41,686 bases of DNA. Source: a virus. Lineage: Duplodnaviria; Caudoviricetes. Under the pieces are notes generated by a model, which searched no databases, had not been told where the DNA came from, and was given only the letters and a program-made list of their open reading frames with translations. Position numbers and translations under genes: made by a program. Of this stretch, positions 10,005 through 17,790 are shown in pieces (the stretch's first letter is position 1; each line of letters opens with the position of its first letter). Location: the IMG/VR virus record IMGVR_UViG_3300012942_001284, positions 1 through 41,686 of that record, one strand, 5' to 3'.

Positions 10005-10391
10005 ATGGAAAACAAGACAATTACAATGGCAGCTCAATATCGGTACAATAAGAAGCAGGTGTTGTTTTTAACCGGTATTGAGGAGGACGAATACAACCAC
10101 TTCATCTGTGAGACAGCAGAGACCTGGTTACGTCTCAACTTTGATCACAGGGTAGATTCTATGAAAATGGTCGGTTCCCTTGACTTCTGGAGGTGGTTTA
10201 AAATGCACTGGGAGGACTTGGATGACCGGTTCTTTTTGCAGGAGCTTTATAATCAGCCAGAGTCCTATCGGTTATGTAAGTATCGGATACTACACCAGAT
10301 CATTTTCGACAATACTGCCACAGTGACCCAGTACCTGAATGACGACTTTTTGGACATGTTTAAAACCTTCAAATATGAGAGTAAAGTTTAA
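10005..10391 (+). CDS. Hypothetical phage protein
   Basis: 128-aa ORF tightly packed in the early operon. Confidence 0.75.
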   Translation: MENKTITMAAQYRYNKKQVLFLTGIEEDEYNHFICETAETWLRLNFDHRVDSMKMVGSLDFWRWFKMHWEDLDDRFFLQELYNQPESYRLCKYRILHQIIFDNTATVTQYLNDDFLDMFKTFKYESKV

Positions 10392-10680
10392 GCATGCCGA
10401 AATGCAGGCCTTCATTAATACTATCGGCGCTGGCATAAATTATATGAGGGGCACTGCCGAATCCGACGAGGATTATGTGATCATAGCCGTATTAGAAGAA
10501 ATGCACCTGAAGCTGTCACAAAAGTTTATTGAGCGTAAGGCAAAATATTCTTTTGGCCTGAAGCCTGCCCAAGGCTTTGCGATAAGGTCAGTATACGCCG
10601 GTAGCGCTCGTGATTCTTTTGAAGGCAATCTGATAGGAAGGATATGCGACGATGTACACCAGATATATGCATTTAAATAG
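10375..10680 (+). CDS. Hypothetical phage protein
   Basis: ORF from MRVKF, overlapping the upstream stop. Confidence 0.7.
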   Translation: MRVKFKHAEMQAFINTIGAGINYMRGTAESDEDYVIIAVLEEMHLKLSQKFIERKAKYSFGLKPAQGFAIRSVYAGSARDSFEGNLIGRICDDVHQIYAFK

Positions 10681-10710
10681 CTATTAATTAACCAATTAAA
10701 CCACTTACCA

Positions 10711-10959
10711 ATGGCAAAAAAATTCATGGTTATTCGCTACCATATAGGCGAAGATTTACAGTATTTAAATACAAATGAGAATCAAATATTCTCTGAGTAT
10801 GATCAGGCTTTTGAGGCATTCAGTAAAACTGTGCAGGATGAAACATGGATGGATGTCTCCAGGCCTAAAGGGGAAAAGCCCCTTAGATCGGGTTTACTAT
10901 GGGACGAATTTATTGAACTCTGGGTAGTGAACGTGCCCGACGAATTAACAACAAAATAG
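10711..10959 (+). CDS. Hypothetical phage protein
   Basis: 82-aa ORF with an AT-rich leader. Confidence 0.7.
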   Translation: MAKKFMVIRYHIGEDLQYLNTNENQIFSEYDQAFEAFSKTVQDETWMDVSRPKGEKPLRSGLLWDEFIELWVVNVPDELTTK

Positions 10960-10984
10960 TTTTTAACCAATTAAAGCACTAAAA

Positions 10985-11614
10985 ATGAAAATTTCACAAC
11001 AAAAGGCTTCCGACAAAATTTGGAAGGATGAAGCAGGTGTAAGTTGCCAATACAGCCGCACTACAAAATTTGAGCGTGAGGTTGAGAAATTCACCTACAA
11101 AACGGCTACGGCAGCGCAGGCCCTTCATGATAAACTCGTAGCCTTCAAAAAAGATTTGTCTGCTGAAGCGGAACGTGTCTTTCAGGTTTTCCTGGACGAG
11201 AACGGCGGTAAGCGTAAAGCCAATGACAAAGGGAATGTAACCCTTTACAATTTTGACCGATCATTGAAAATAGAGGTTAGCATAGATGAAATGATCACGT
11301 TCGATGACAATACGATCATGCTGGCTAAAGAGCGGTTGGATGAGTTCATCACAAAGAATACAGGGGGCATAGACCTGGTTGTCAAAGAAATGATTATGTC
11401 AGCCTTTGAGACCTCCCGTGGCCGAATGGACACCAAGAAAGTACTGGCCTTAAAACGGCATAAGGACCGCATTAAGGACCCACTGTTTACCGCTGCTGTT
11501 GATCTAATTGACAAGGCCATCCGGCGCCCAGACAAGAAGAAATACTTCCGGGTCTGGGTTAAAGATGAAGTCGGCAAATACCAGAATATTGATTTACAAT
11601 TTTCATCTCTTTAA
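10985..11614 (+). CDS. DUF3164 family protein (Mu-like phages)
   Basis: 'KGNVTLYNFDRSLKIEV...FDD...AKERLDEFI...KYFRVW...YQNIDLQFSSL' pattern. Confidence 0.8.
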   Translation: MKISQQKASDKIWKDEAGVSCQYSRTTKFEREVEKFTYKTATAAQALHDKLVAFKKDLSAEAERVFQVFLDENGGKRKANDKGNVTLYNFDRSLKIEVSIDEMITFDDNTIMLAKERLDEFITKNTGGIDLVVKEMIMSAFETSRGRMDTKKVLALKRHKDRIKDPLFTAAVDLIDKAIRRPDKKKYFRVWVKDEVGKYQNIDLQFSSL

Positions 11615-11631
11615 TATACCTGACAGTATAA

Positions 11632-11660
11632 CGGCAACCTGTTTCTACGGGATGCCTTTT
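11632..11660 (+). terminator. Putative intrinsic terminator
   Basis: GGCAACCTGT-TTCT-ACGGGATGCC followed by TTTT. Confidence 0.45.
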
Positions 11661-11673
11661 AAAACAAATCTCA

Positions 11674-11766
11674 ATGCAAATATTAATCATCATCGCTGCC
11701 AGTCTCCTTTTTTCAGATGCACTTGGAGGACTACTGGAAGCCTATAATAAAAGGAAGAAAAAATGA
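11674..11766 (+). CDS. 30-aa hydrophobic peptide with basic tail (not in ORF track)
   Basis: MQILIIIAASLLFSDALGGLLEAYNKRKKK*. Stop overlaps the next start (ATGA). Confidence 0.55.
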   Translation: MQILIIIAASLLFSDALGGLLEAYNKRKKK

Positions 11767-11996
11767 AGGAATTGAAACCAAAAATGCCGCCAATGACTTT
11801 ACATACTGGCGCCAATAATAAGAAAATGCGTAGCGAAACGCTTCCAACCAGAAAGTGGGATTATAGCAAATTAAAGGTTGCCAGAATAGACGATCGCAGC
11901 TTTATATATGTCCCTGCCGATGCCTCACAGGAACAGGTTAATGAACTGGTGGAAGCCGCCCGAAATAGATTTAATAACCTTAAAACTTATCGCTAA
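11763..11996 (+). CDS. Hypothetical phage protein
   Basis: 77-aa ORF translationally coupled on both sides. Confidence 0.7.
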   Translation: MKELKPKMPPMTLHTGANNKKMRSETLPTRKWDYSKLKVARIDDRSFIYVPADASQEQVNELVEAARNRFNNLKTYR

Positions 11997-12736
11997 TGGC
12001 ACGTGCTTTAAACGCAAAGGAATTTCTAAACAAGAAGTTTGAGGTTTTGCCATTTACCGGCAAATGGCGGGATGCTTTTGGTGAGCCGGAAACCAACTTC
12101 AGTATGATTATATACGGCAAAAGCGGAAACGGCAAGACCGAACTGGCAGTTATGTTCATGCGTTATATGACCGGCTTTGGAAAGTGCCTATATGATAGCT
12201 TTGAACAGGGCTTTAGTAGAAGCCTTCAGGATGCCTGGAGAAGGCAAAAAATAGAAGATGTCAGTAATCATACCCTAATTGTACACAAGGAACGGTTTGA
12301 GGACCTCGTGGAAAGGCTCCGTAAGAAGAAAAGTCCACATACAGTATTTATTGATAGCATTCAATATATCAAACTGACGTATGAGCAATGGCAGTTTTTG
12401 AAAGAAACTTTCCCCCGCAAAAGGTTTATTGTAATAGCCCATGCCCAGGGAGATGATCCCAAAGGTGCTGCCGCTGCCGCTATAGAGTTTGACGTTGATA
12501 TCAAATTACTGGTCAAAGGATTTAAAGTCTACCCTAAAAGCCGGTTCGGAGGAAATGAACCCTTTGTGTTTTACGAGAAAGGGCATGCAAACTGGCTGGC
12601 AAAACAAAATAAAGGAGGTGTAAAAGCTGCCCCGCCTAGTAATAAGCCAGCAGAACTGCCTTTCACGAGTGAAAATAAAGAGGTGGAAACTACCCCGGCA
12701 AACCTAGGTTCAATCATCCAAAACTCCCAGAATTGA
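11996..12736 (+). CDS. Second P-loop ATPase (RecA/KaiC-like)
   Basis: Walker A 'GKSGNGKT', Walker B 'VFIDSIQY'. Confidence 0.85.
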   Translation: MARALNAKEFLNKKFEVLPFTGKWRDAFGEPETNFSMIIYGKSGNGKTELAVMFMRYMTGFGKCLYDSFEQGFSRSLQDAWRRQKIEDVSNHTLIVHKERFEDLVERLRKKKSPHTVFIDSIQYIKLTYEQWQFLKETFPRKRFIVIAHAQGDDPKGAAAAAIEFDVDIKLLVKGFKVYPKSRFGGNEPFVFYEKGHANWLAKQNKGGVKAAPPSNKPAELPFTSENKEVETTPANLGSIIQNSQN

Positions 12737-12737
12737 T

Positions 12738-13040
12738 ATGATTACTATTTCTCATCATGCATACCATAGAGCTAAAGAGAGGCTGGGCTTCAGTCCAGAT
12801 GCATTTAAACGCCTTGCAGCACAGGCCTATTGTTACGGAGTGTCGCAATCAGAGGCAAAAGGAAAGCTGCGCAGGTTTATAGAATGCCGGTGTGCTGAAC
12901 ATCCAGGCAATACACCACGCATCTATGGAGAGAATATCTTCATTTTTAAAGAAAACTGCCTTGTTACTGTGTATCAGCTCCCCTCTGATATTAGAAAAAG
13001 TATGCTAAAAACAAAAACCAATAGGAATGCGAAAATTTGA
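12738..13040 (+). CDS. Hypothetical protein, possible small RNase-like fold
   Basis: 'ITISHHAYHRAKER...FIFKENCLVTVY' resembles DUF4258/RelE-like families. Confidence 0.6.
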   Translation: MITISHHAYHRAKERLGFSPDAFKRLAAQAYCYGVSQSEAKGKLRRFIECRCAEHPGNTPRIYGENIFIFKENCLVTVYQLPSDIRKSMLKTKTNRNAKI

Positions 13041-13461
13041 AGTAAGCAAGCCCACTTTTTCGGGTAAAATAGAGGTGATTTATAATGGGGCTGGCATTCT
13101 GGAGGCCATAGACTTCACAGAAGCCGAAATGACCCCACCTCAGATAGAAGGGTTTAAAGCACGGTTACCCGTTCTTTTTGATAAGTTAGAAAGCTTTTCT
13201 CAAACAAACGGCTGTAATATTAGGGAAAAAGATTTCAAGGTAACCTTTGAAATGTGGTACAATGATTATGCGCTCAGACGAAATAAGGAGCCAGCCAGAT
13301 TGATCTGGGAAAAAATGTCTAGTGAAGAGCAATTGACTGCATGGCTGAGTAATAAGAAGTATAAAAAATACTGCAAAAAAAATGCTAGTTGGTATAACCA
13401 AATGTACCCAGATACTTACTTACGTAAAAAGCACTATTTCGATGAATGGGATAAAATTTAA
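13027..13461 (+). CDS. Hypothetical phage protein with a replication-initiator-like C-terminal helical domain
   Basis: 'FEMWYNDY...NKEPARLIWEKMS...YPDTYL' pattern. Confidence 0.65.
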   Translation: MRKFEVSKPTFSGKIEVIYNGAGILEAIDFTEAEMTPPQIEGFKARLPVLFDKLESFSQTNGCNIREKDFKVTFEMWYNDYALRRNKEPARLIWEKMSSEEQLTAWLSNKKYKKYCKKNASWYNQMYPDTYLRKKHYFDEWDKI

Positions 13462-13493
13462 ATAACCGCCGCAAGGCACAAATAGAAATCAAA

Positions 13494-13970
13494 ATGAAAA
13501 CATTAACAATCACCAAGCAAAATGCACGAAAAGCCCATGAAGAGGCTGGAAAAGAAACAAAAAAGGTTCTCGAAAACTTATTTGGCAAAAAAGTCCTTTT
13601 AGGAAATGTAATGGACAGGGTAAAAACCTTTGAGGATGCCTGTGCGGAATTAGGCATCGATTGGGGTATGGCCTGTCCAAAAGTTCAGAAGAATGGAAGT
13701 TATGGAGCCGTCGTATCATTCGCCCAAGCACTGATAGTGACCGAAGCCTTAAATGAAGGTTGGCAGCCCGATTTTAACAATGGTAAGTGGGATAAGCATT
13801 ACCCTTACTTTGAGATGCGTTCTTCCGCTGGCGGTTTCCGGTTCAGCGGTTCCGTTTGCGGCAGCGACGCTACGCACGTCGGCGCCCGCCTTTGCTTCAA
13901 ATCCGAAGAGCTGGCTAGATATGCAGGAATGCAATTTGAATCGATTTACAAAGGCTTCATGACCTTCTAA
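13494..13970 (+). CDS. DGR target protein 1 (158 aa, no signal peptide or TM)
   Basis: Contains VR1 encoding SSAGGFRFSGSVCGSDATHVGARLC. Paralogous to the next gene (FEDACAELGI / FEEACAELEI). Confidence 0.9.
   Translation: MKTLTITKQNARKAHEEAGKETKKVLENLFGKKVLLGNVMDRVKTFEDACAELGIDWGMACPKVQKNGSYGAVVSFAQALIVTEALNEGWQPDFNNGKWDKHYPYFEMRSSAGGFRFSGSVCGSDATHVGARLCFKSEELARYAGMQFESIYKGFMTF
13819..13895 (+). repeat. DGR variable repeat VR1
   Basis: 77-bp ungapped match to TR with 14 mismatches, all at TR adenines. Confidence 0.96.
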
Positions 13971-14014
13971 GGGCAATTTTTATACATCATTTATTAATCA
14001 ATAAAAATCCAAAA

Positions 14015-14410
14015 ATGAAAATATCAGAAAAAAGCATAGTAGCATTTGAAGAGGCTTGCGCAGAATTAGAAATCAGTTCAGAGTTACCAGACGTCAGTAA
14101 GCTTAGACCCGATCTAGGCCTTTACCTGACAGCGCATTATATGCTGGCCGTGCTGAAGGAAGCGGAAAAGGAAGGTAAACAATACGACATAACCAACCAT
14201 TCAAAGGACAAATGGTTCCCTTGGCATATTGCCGATAACGTTTATGTTCCTGGTTCTTCCGCTGGCGGTTTCCGGTTCTGCGTTTCCGATTACGCCTACG
14301 GCTTTACGCGCGTCTGCGCCCGCCTTTGCTCCAATAGTGAGGAGGAGAGCGATGCGAATGCAAAGAATTACCCAGACCTCTGGGAGATCATTACGCTGAT
14401 CGTAAAATAG
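14015..14410 (+). CDS. DGR target protein 2 (131 aa)
   Basis: Contains VR2 encoding SSAGGFRFCVSDYAYGFTRVCARLC. Confidence 0.9.
   Translation: MKISEKSIVAFEEACAELEISSELPDVSKLRPDLGLYLTAHYMLAVLKEAEKEGKQYDITNHSKDKWFPWHIADNVYVPGSSAGGFRFCVSDYAYGFTRVCARLCSNSEEESDANAKNYPDLWEIITLIVK
14253..14329 (+). repeat. DGR variable repeat VR2
   Basis: 77-bp ungapped match to TR with 15 mismatches, all at TR adenines. Confidence 0.96.
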
Positions 14411-14419
14411 GACGATAAT

Positions 14420-14602
14420 AGGTTGTGTGCTGTTGGCCTGTAGTTCTTCCGCTGGCAGTTTCCGGTTCAACGATTCCGATTACGACAACGACAATACGAA
14501 CGTCAGCGCCCACCTTAGAGATTTTGAACAGCACAGACCTTGCCCACATGGCAAAAAATAACACTTTTTAAAAGGACGTTGGTAGCGAAAGCGAAGGCGT
14601 CC
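14420..14602 (+). ncRNA. Putative structured DGR RNA (TR plus flanks and spacer)
   Basis: TGTGCTGTT (14426-14434) and AACAGCACA (14527-14535) pair around TR. Downstream hairpins TGCC-CACAT-GGCA and GGACGTT...GCGAAAGC...GGCGTCC. Confidence 0.65.
14443..14519 (+). repeat. DGR template repeat TR
   Basis: Intergenic and AAC/GAC/GAT-rich (GTTCTTCCGCTGGCAGTTTCCGGTTCAACGATTCCGATTACGACAACGACAATACGAACGTCAGCGCCCACCTTAGA). 19 adenines, just upstream of the RT. Confidence 0.96.
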
Positions 14603-14621
14603 GGCTAAATCAAAGGCTCCA

Positions 14622-15638
14622 ATGAAACGAGAAAATAACTTGTATAGCAGGATTTGCACAATGGATAATCTGTATATGGCAGATGCCATTGCGCAGAAAG
14701 GAAAATCAAAACAGCCCGACGTGATCCGGCATAATCAGAACGTTGAAAGCAACCTTTTTCGCCTTTACAATATGCTGTTGGATAAAAAGTATTGTACTTC
14801 TGAATATCTAACCTTCACGATTCACGAGCCAAAGGAACGGGTAATATTCAGATTACCCTATTTTCCTGACAGAATTGTTCACCACGCTATTATGAATGTG
14901 CTTGAGCCAATCTTCACTAATATGTTCACAGCTGATACGTACAGCTGTATCAAGGGCAAAGGCATCCATGCCATGTCCAGGGCTATTAAGACCGCCCTGA
15001 AGGACGAACAGAACACTAGGTATTACCTAAAATTAGACATCCAAAAATTCTACCCTTCAGTAGATCACCGCATACTAAAACAATTACTCCGCCGGAAATT
15101 CAAGGATAACGACCTTTTGGAAATGTTGGACGGGATTATTGATTCTGCGCCCGGGCTTCCAATCGGAAATTATCTAAGCCAGTACTTTGCTAATTTTTAC
15201 TTGACATACTTTGACCACTGGCTTAAAGAAGTTAAGGGCGTCAGGTACTATTACCGGTATGCTGATGATATGGTTATTTTCGCCTCAAATAAGGCCGATT
15301 TGCACCAGTTGCGGGCGGACATAGCGAACTACCTTAAAACCGAACTGAATTTGGCAATAAAGGGCAATTACAGCGTATCACCACTGAATGATAAGATAGG
15401 GTTAGATGTATGTGGGTATGTTTTTTTTAGACATTACACGCTACTACGAAAGCGAAATAAGCAAAGTTTTGCCAGGGCCGTCGCAAAGGGAAAACCGATG
15501 CAGACCATCAATAGTCATTTAGGCTGGGCCAAACATTCAAATAGCAAACAACTTACTAAAAAATTAATGATTAAATATGAAAGAATTCAACGAGCTAGGC
15601 ATCACACCACCACCACCAACATCATTCGTCGGAAATAG
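14622..15638 (+). CDS. DGR reverse transcriptase
   Basis: 'PKERVIFRLPYFPDRIVHHAI', 'YLKLDIQKFYPSV', DGR-type 'GLPIGNYLSQYFAN', 'YRYADD'. No maturase or endonuclease extension. Confidence 0.96.
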   Translation: MKRENNLYSRICTMDNLYMADAIAQKGKSKQPDVIRHNQNVESNLFRLYNMLLDKKYCTSEYLTFTIHEPKERVIFRLPYFPDRIVHHAIMNVLEPIFTNMFTADTYSCIKGKGIHAMSRAIKTALKDEQNTRYYLKLDIQKFYPSVDHRILKQLLRRKFKDNDLLEMLDGIIDSAPGLPIGNYLSQYFANFYLTYFDHWLKEVKGVRYYYRYADDMVIFASNKADLHQLRADIANYLKTELNLAIKGNYSVSPLNDKIGLDVCGYVFFRHYTLLRKRNKQSFARAVAKGKPMQTINSHLGWAKHSNSKQLTKKLMIKYERIQRARHHTTTTNIIRRK

Positions 15639-15888
15639 CATCAGCATTAAAAAGGTGTTGGGCAAGCAAATAAAGATTATTGACTACGATGTCAAGCCGT
15701 CAAAATATGATTCATCCAAAGACTGTCTCCATTTGCAGATAGAGTATGATGATGAGCCTAGAGTGATCTTTATTGCTGCGTCTTATTTGATTAAGACTTT
15801 GAAGCTGGCAGTCAAAGAACAATTCCCCTTCAAAGCGACCATAGTTAACCCAGAAGGATATTTTAGATTCAAAAAAACAGATGAATGA
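15577..15888 (+). CDS. Hypothetical beta-rich protein overlapping the RT 3' end; candidate DGR accessory factor
   Basis: 103 aa, overlaps RT by 62 bp. Alternating beta-strand pattern, unlike the helical Avd. Confidence 0.7.
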   Translation: MKEFNELGITPPPPTSFVGNSISIKKVLGKQIKIIDYDVKPSKYDSSKDCLHLQIEYDDEPRVIFIAASYLIKTLKLAVKEQFPFKATIVNPEGYFRFKKTDE

Positions 15889-16286
15889 ATATAAATCCAC
15901 AACAAAATAAGATATTGCACGCCTTGTTACACAGTACAGGCATGATCGAAGTAAAACAGGAGCTGGTATACAGCTTCAGTAACCAGCGCACCAGCAGCAG
16001 TCGTGAACTGGAAATAACAGAAGCTACTGCTTTAATACGCTATCTGAAAGGATTAGATCCTGCGGAGGCAGCCTGCGAGAAAATGCGCCGGAAGATTATC
16101 GCCAAGGCCCATAACCTTAGATGGGAGGTGTCAGCAGGAACCATCGATATGGCCAGACTCAATGCCTGGTGTGTCAAATTTGGAGGTTTTGGTAAGGTAT
16201 TAAATAAACATAGCTACGAAGAGTTGGTGAACCTTGTGACAGCCTTCGACAAAATGTATAAGTATTATATTAGTAAAATTGATTAA
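15885..16286 (+). CDS. GemA/DUF1018-like regulatory protein
   Basis: 'RTSSSRELEITEATALI...MRRKIIA...RLNAWC...EELVNLVTAF' pattern and Mu-like position. Confidence 0.6.
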   Translation: MNINPQQNKILHALLHSTGMIEVKQELVYSFSNQRTSSSRELEITEATALIRYLKGLDPAEAACEKMRRKIIAKAHNLRWEVSAGTIDMARLNAWCVKFGGFGKVLNKHSYEELVNLVTAFDKMYKYYISKID

Positions 16287-16295
16287 GTTTGAAAA

Positions 16296-16427
16296 ATGGA
16301 AACTAACAAAAAAGAAATAACGGGATGTAAAGGTGTCTTTGGCGTTCTGGGTATGGCAATCGCTCTAATTGTCGGCATAGTCCTTATTTGTAAACTATTG
16401 ACCTGGATCGTCTCTCTTTTTGTTTAA
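16296..16427 (+). CDS. 43-aa membrane peptide (not in ORF track)
   Basis: METNKKEITGCKGVFGVLGMAIALIVGIVLICKLLTWIVSLFV*, with an A-rich leader. Confidence 0.6.
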   Translation: METNKKEITGCKGVFGVLGMAIALIVGIVLICKLLTWIVSLFV

Positions 16428-16451
16428 AGCCGCTTTAACTTCAGTAAAGTC

Positions 16452-16490
16452 AATGCCACAAAATAATTTGTGGCATTTTTTGTAATTTTG
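16452..16490 (+). terminator. Terminator ending the early operon, followed by a -7 promoter box
   Basis: AATGCCACAAA-ATAA-TTTGTGGCATT-TTTT, then TAATTTTG at 16483-16490. Confidence 0.65.
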
Positions 16491-16525
16491 CAAAAAGGTT
16501 GTAAAGTTATTCCATAATACCAGCA

Positions 16526-16735
16526 ATGGCGCATAATCCCGAACTAATCAATAAACGAAATTTAAAAATCCATGAGCGGTTCCGCTATTACAAAAGGCGT
16601 AACCCCAAATGGATGTTTTGCTATGTTATTGAAGCAGTGGCGGAAGAATTCTTCTTATCTCCATTAACTGTCGAGCGCATTATAAAACAACAGCCCAGCA
16701 ATCAACCCGCCAAATTACAGGTAAATTTCAGTTGA
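16526..16735 (+). CDS. Mor/C-like small HTH transcription activator
   Basis: 'RNLKIHERF...IEAVAEEFFLSPLTVERII'. Confidence 0.65.
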   Translation: MAHNPELINKRNLKIHERFRYYKRRNPKWMFCYVIEAVAEEFFLSPLTVERIIKQQPSNQPAKLQVNFS

Positions 16736-17155
16736 ATAAGTCAGCACACTAAATAGGTTTTTATTCTGGTAGTTCATTTCGTCTACGGCAGTATTTACAA
16801 ACCTTTGGCTTAATAGGTTGCCGTCATCTTTTCTCAATGCTAAGCTTTTCATTACCTCGTCAATAGCTTTTAACCCGGCAGCATGCACGGCAATGGCTGC
16901 ATCCTGGACGGTGCTGTCATGGTTTTTATAAGGCGCATTTGTAATAAAATGAAGCTTAATTTGTGCGGGGCTGATTACCCGCTGACCCTTACCCCAATAC
17001 TTCACCTGGGCATTTTTAGGCATTTCTATATATAAGGCCGGTACAATATAGCTGGTATTATCCTTCCCTATACTATATTGTCCTAAAAAATAAAACACCG
17101 GTGCAATACCAATTAATTTCTGTTTCAATGCTTTATAAGCTGGGTAGATAAACAT
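16715..17155 (-). CDS. Putative tail-terminator/neck protein (Mu gp37-like position)
   Basis: Last gene of the inverted head-completion block. 'VPALYIE' motif. Confidence 0.5.
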   Translation of the reverse strand: MFIYPAYKALKQKLIGIAPVFYFLGQYSIGKDNTSYIVPALYIEMPKNAQVKYWGKGQRVISPAQIKLHFITNAPYKNHDSTVQDAAIAVHAAGLKAIDEVMKSLALRKDDGNLLSQRFVNTAVDEMNYQNKNLFSVLTYSTEIYL

Positions 17156-17160
17156 GGTAA

Positions 17161-17691
17161 TTATTTGAATATTTTGTCTAAATCTCTGGTAATCTTATCA
17201 ATGATCCGTTTGTCGAGTTCCGGGCTGTCGCCGATGAACTGACGTTGAGGTATGGTTATTTCTTTTGCCAAAGCGCAGGCCTTCCAGAGTTCCGCCACCT
17301 CCTCCAATCCTGCTTCATTAGCCTCATAGTATTTAGCCCAGAAGTACTTTTTCATCGGAGGAGTGACCGGTATTGTGCCGCCTTCATTGTGAATCTGGGC
17401 ATAAACGAGGTCACTATATATTACAACTGTGGTACCTTCTACTCTATAATCAATACTGTCCATCAGGTGCTCGTCCTTTATAAGGACGTTCTGGTTATTC
17501 GTGGAACCCATTCTAGGCATTTTCCGTGGCGCCCACTTGGTATTGAGGCCACCTTTGCGAAATGCTTCCCTAAAGAAGCGAACCGCTTCAGTTCCTATGA
17601 CGAGCGGCACACTATCAACCAAATAGGCTTTTGCTGCCTCCAGTTGTTGGATGACCTTATCAGCGCCGATTACGTTTTTATTATTTGCCAT
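17161..17691 (-). CDS. Virion morphogenesis protein (Mu gpG-like)
   Basis: 'KWAPRK...HLMDSI...YAQIHNEGG...IPQRQFIGDS'. Confidence 0.88.
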   Translation of the reverse strand: MANNKNVIGADKVIQQLEAAKAYLVDSVPLVIGTEAVRFFREAFRKGGLNTKWAPRKMPRMGSTNNQNVLIKDEHLMDSIDYRVEGTTVVIYSDLVYAQIHNEGGTIPVTPPMKKYFWAKYYEANEAGLEEVAELWKACALAKEITIPQRQFIGDSPELDKRIIDKITRDLDKIFK

Positions 17692-17790
17692 TTTGAATAA
17701 TAATTTTATCTTTGTACCACAGAGGCAGGCCACATAGGAAACAGAGCCACTGTGTTTATTAAGGCAGGCAGCAATGCTTGCCTTAATTAT
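17684..17790 (+). ncRNA. Putative ~65-nt small RNA with its own promoter and terminator, convergent with the MuF nuclease gene
   Basis: TTTG (17684-17687)-19 nt-TATCTTTG (17707-17714). Stem CACAG/CTGTG (17718-17754). Hairpin TAAGGCAGGCA-GCAA-TGCTTGCCTTA (17760-17785). Confidence 0.55.

Noticed and set aside
13753-14689. Alternative-frame ORFs over VR/TR (13753-13962, 13749-13976, 14201-14470, 14480-14689)
   Set aside because: Shadows of the GC-rich, stop-poor repeats and real genes.
14622-15638. Group II intron or retron RT
   Set aside because: Short RT with the DGR SQ motif, no maturase/endonuclease domain, and a clear TR/VR set adjacent.
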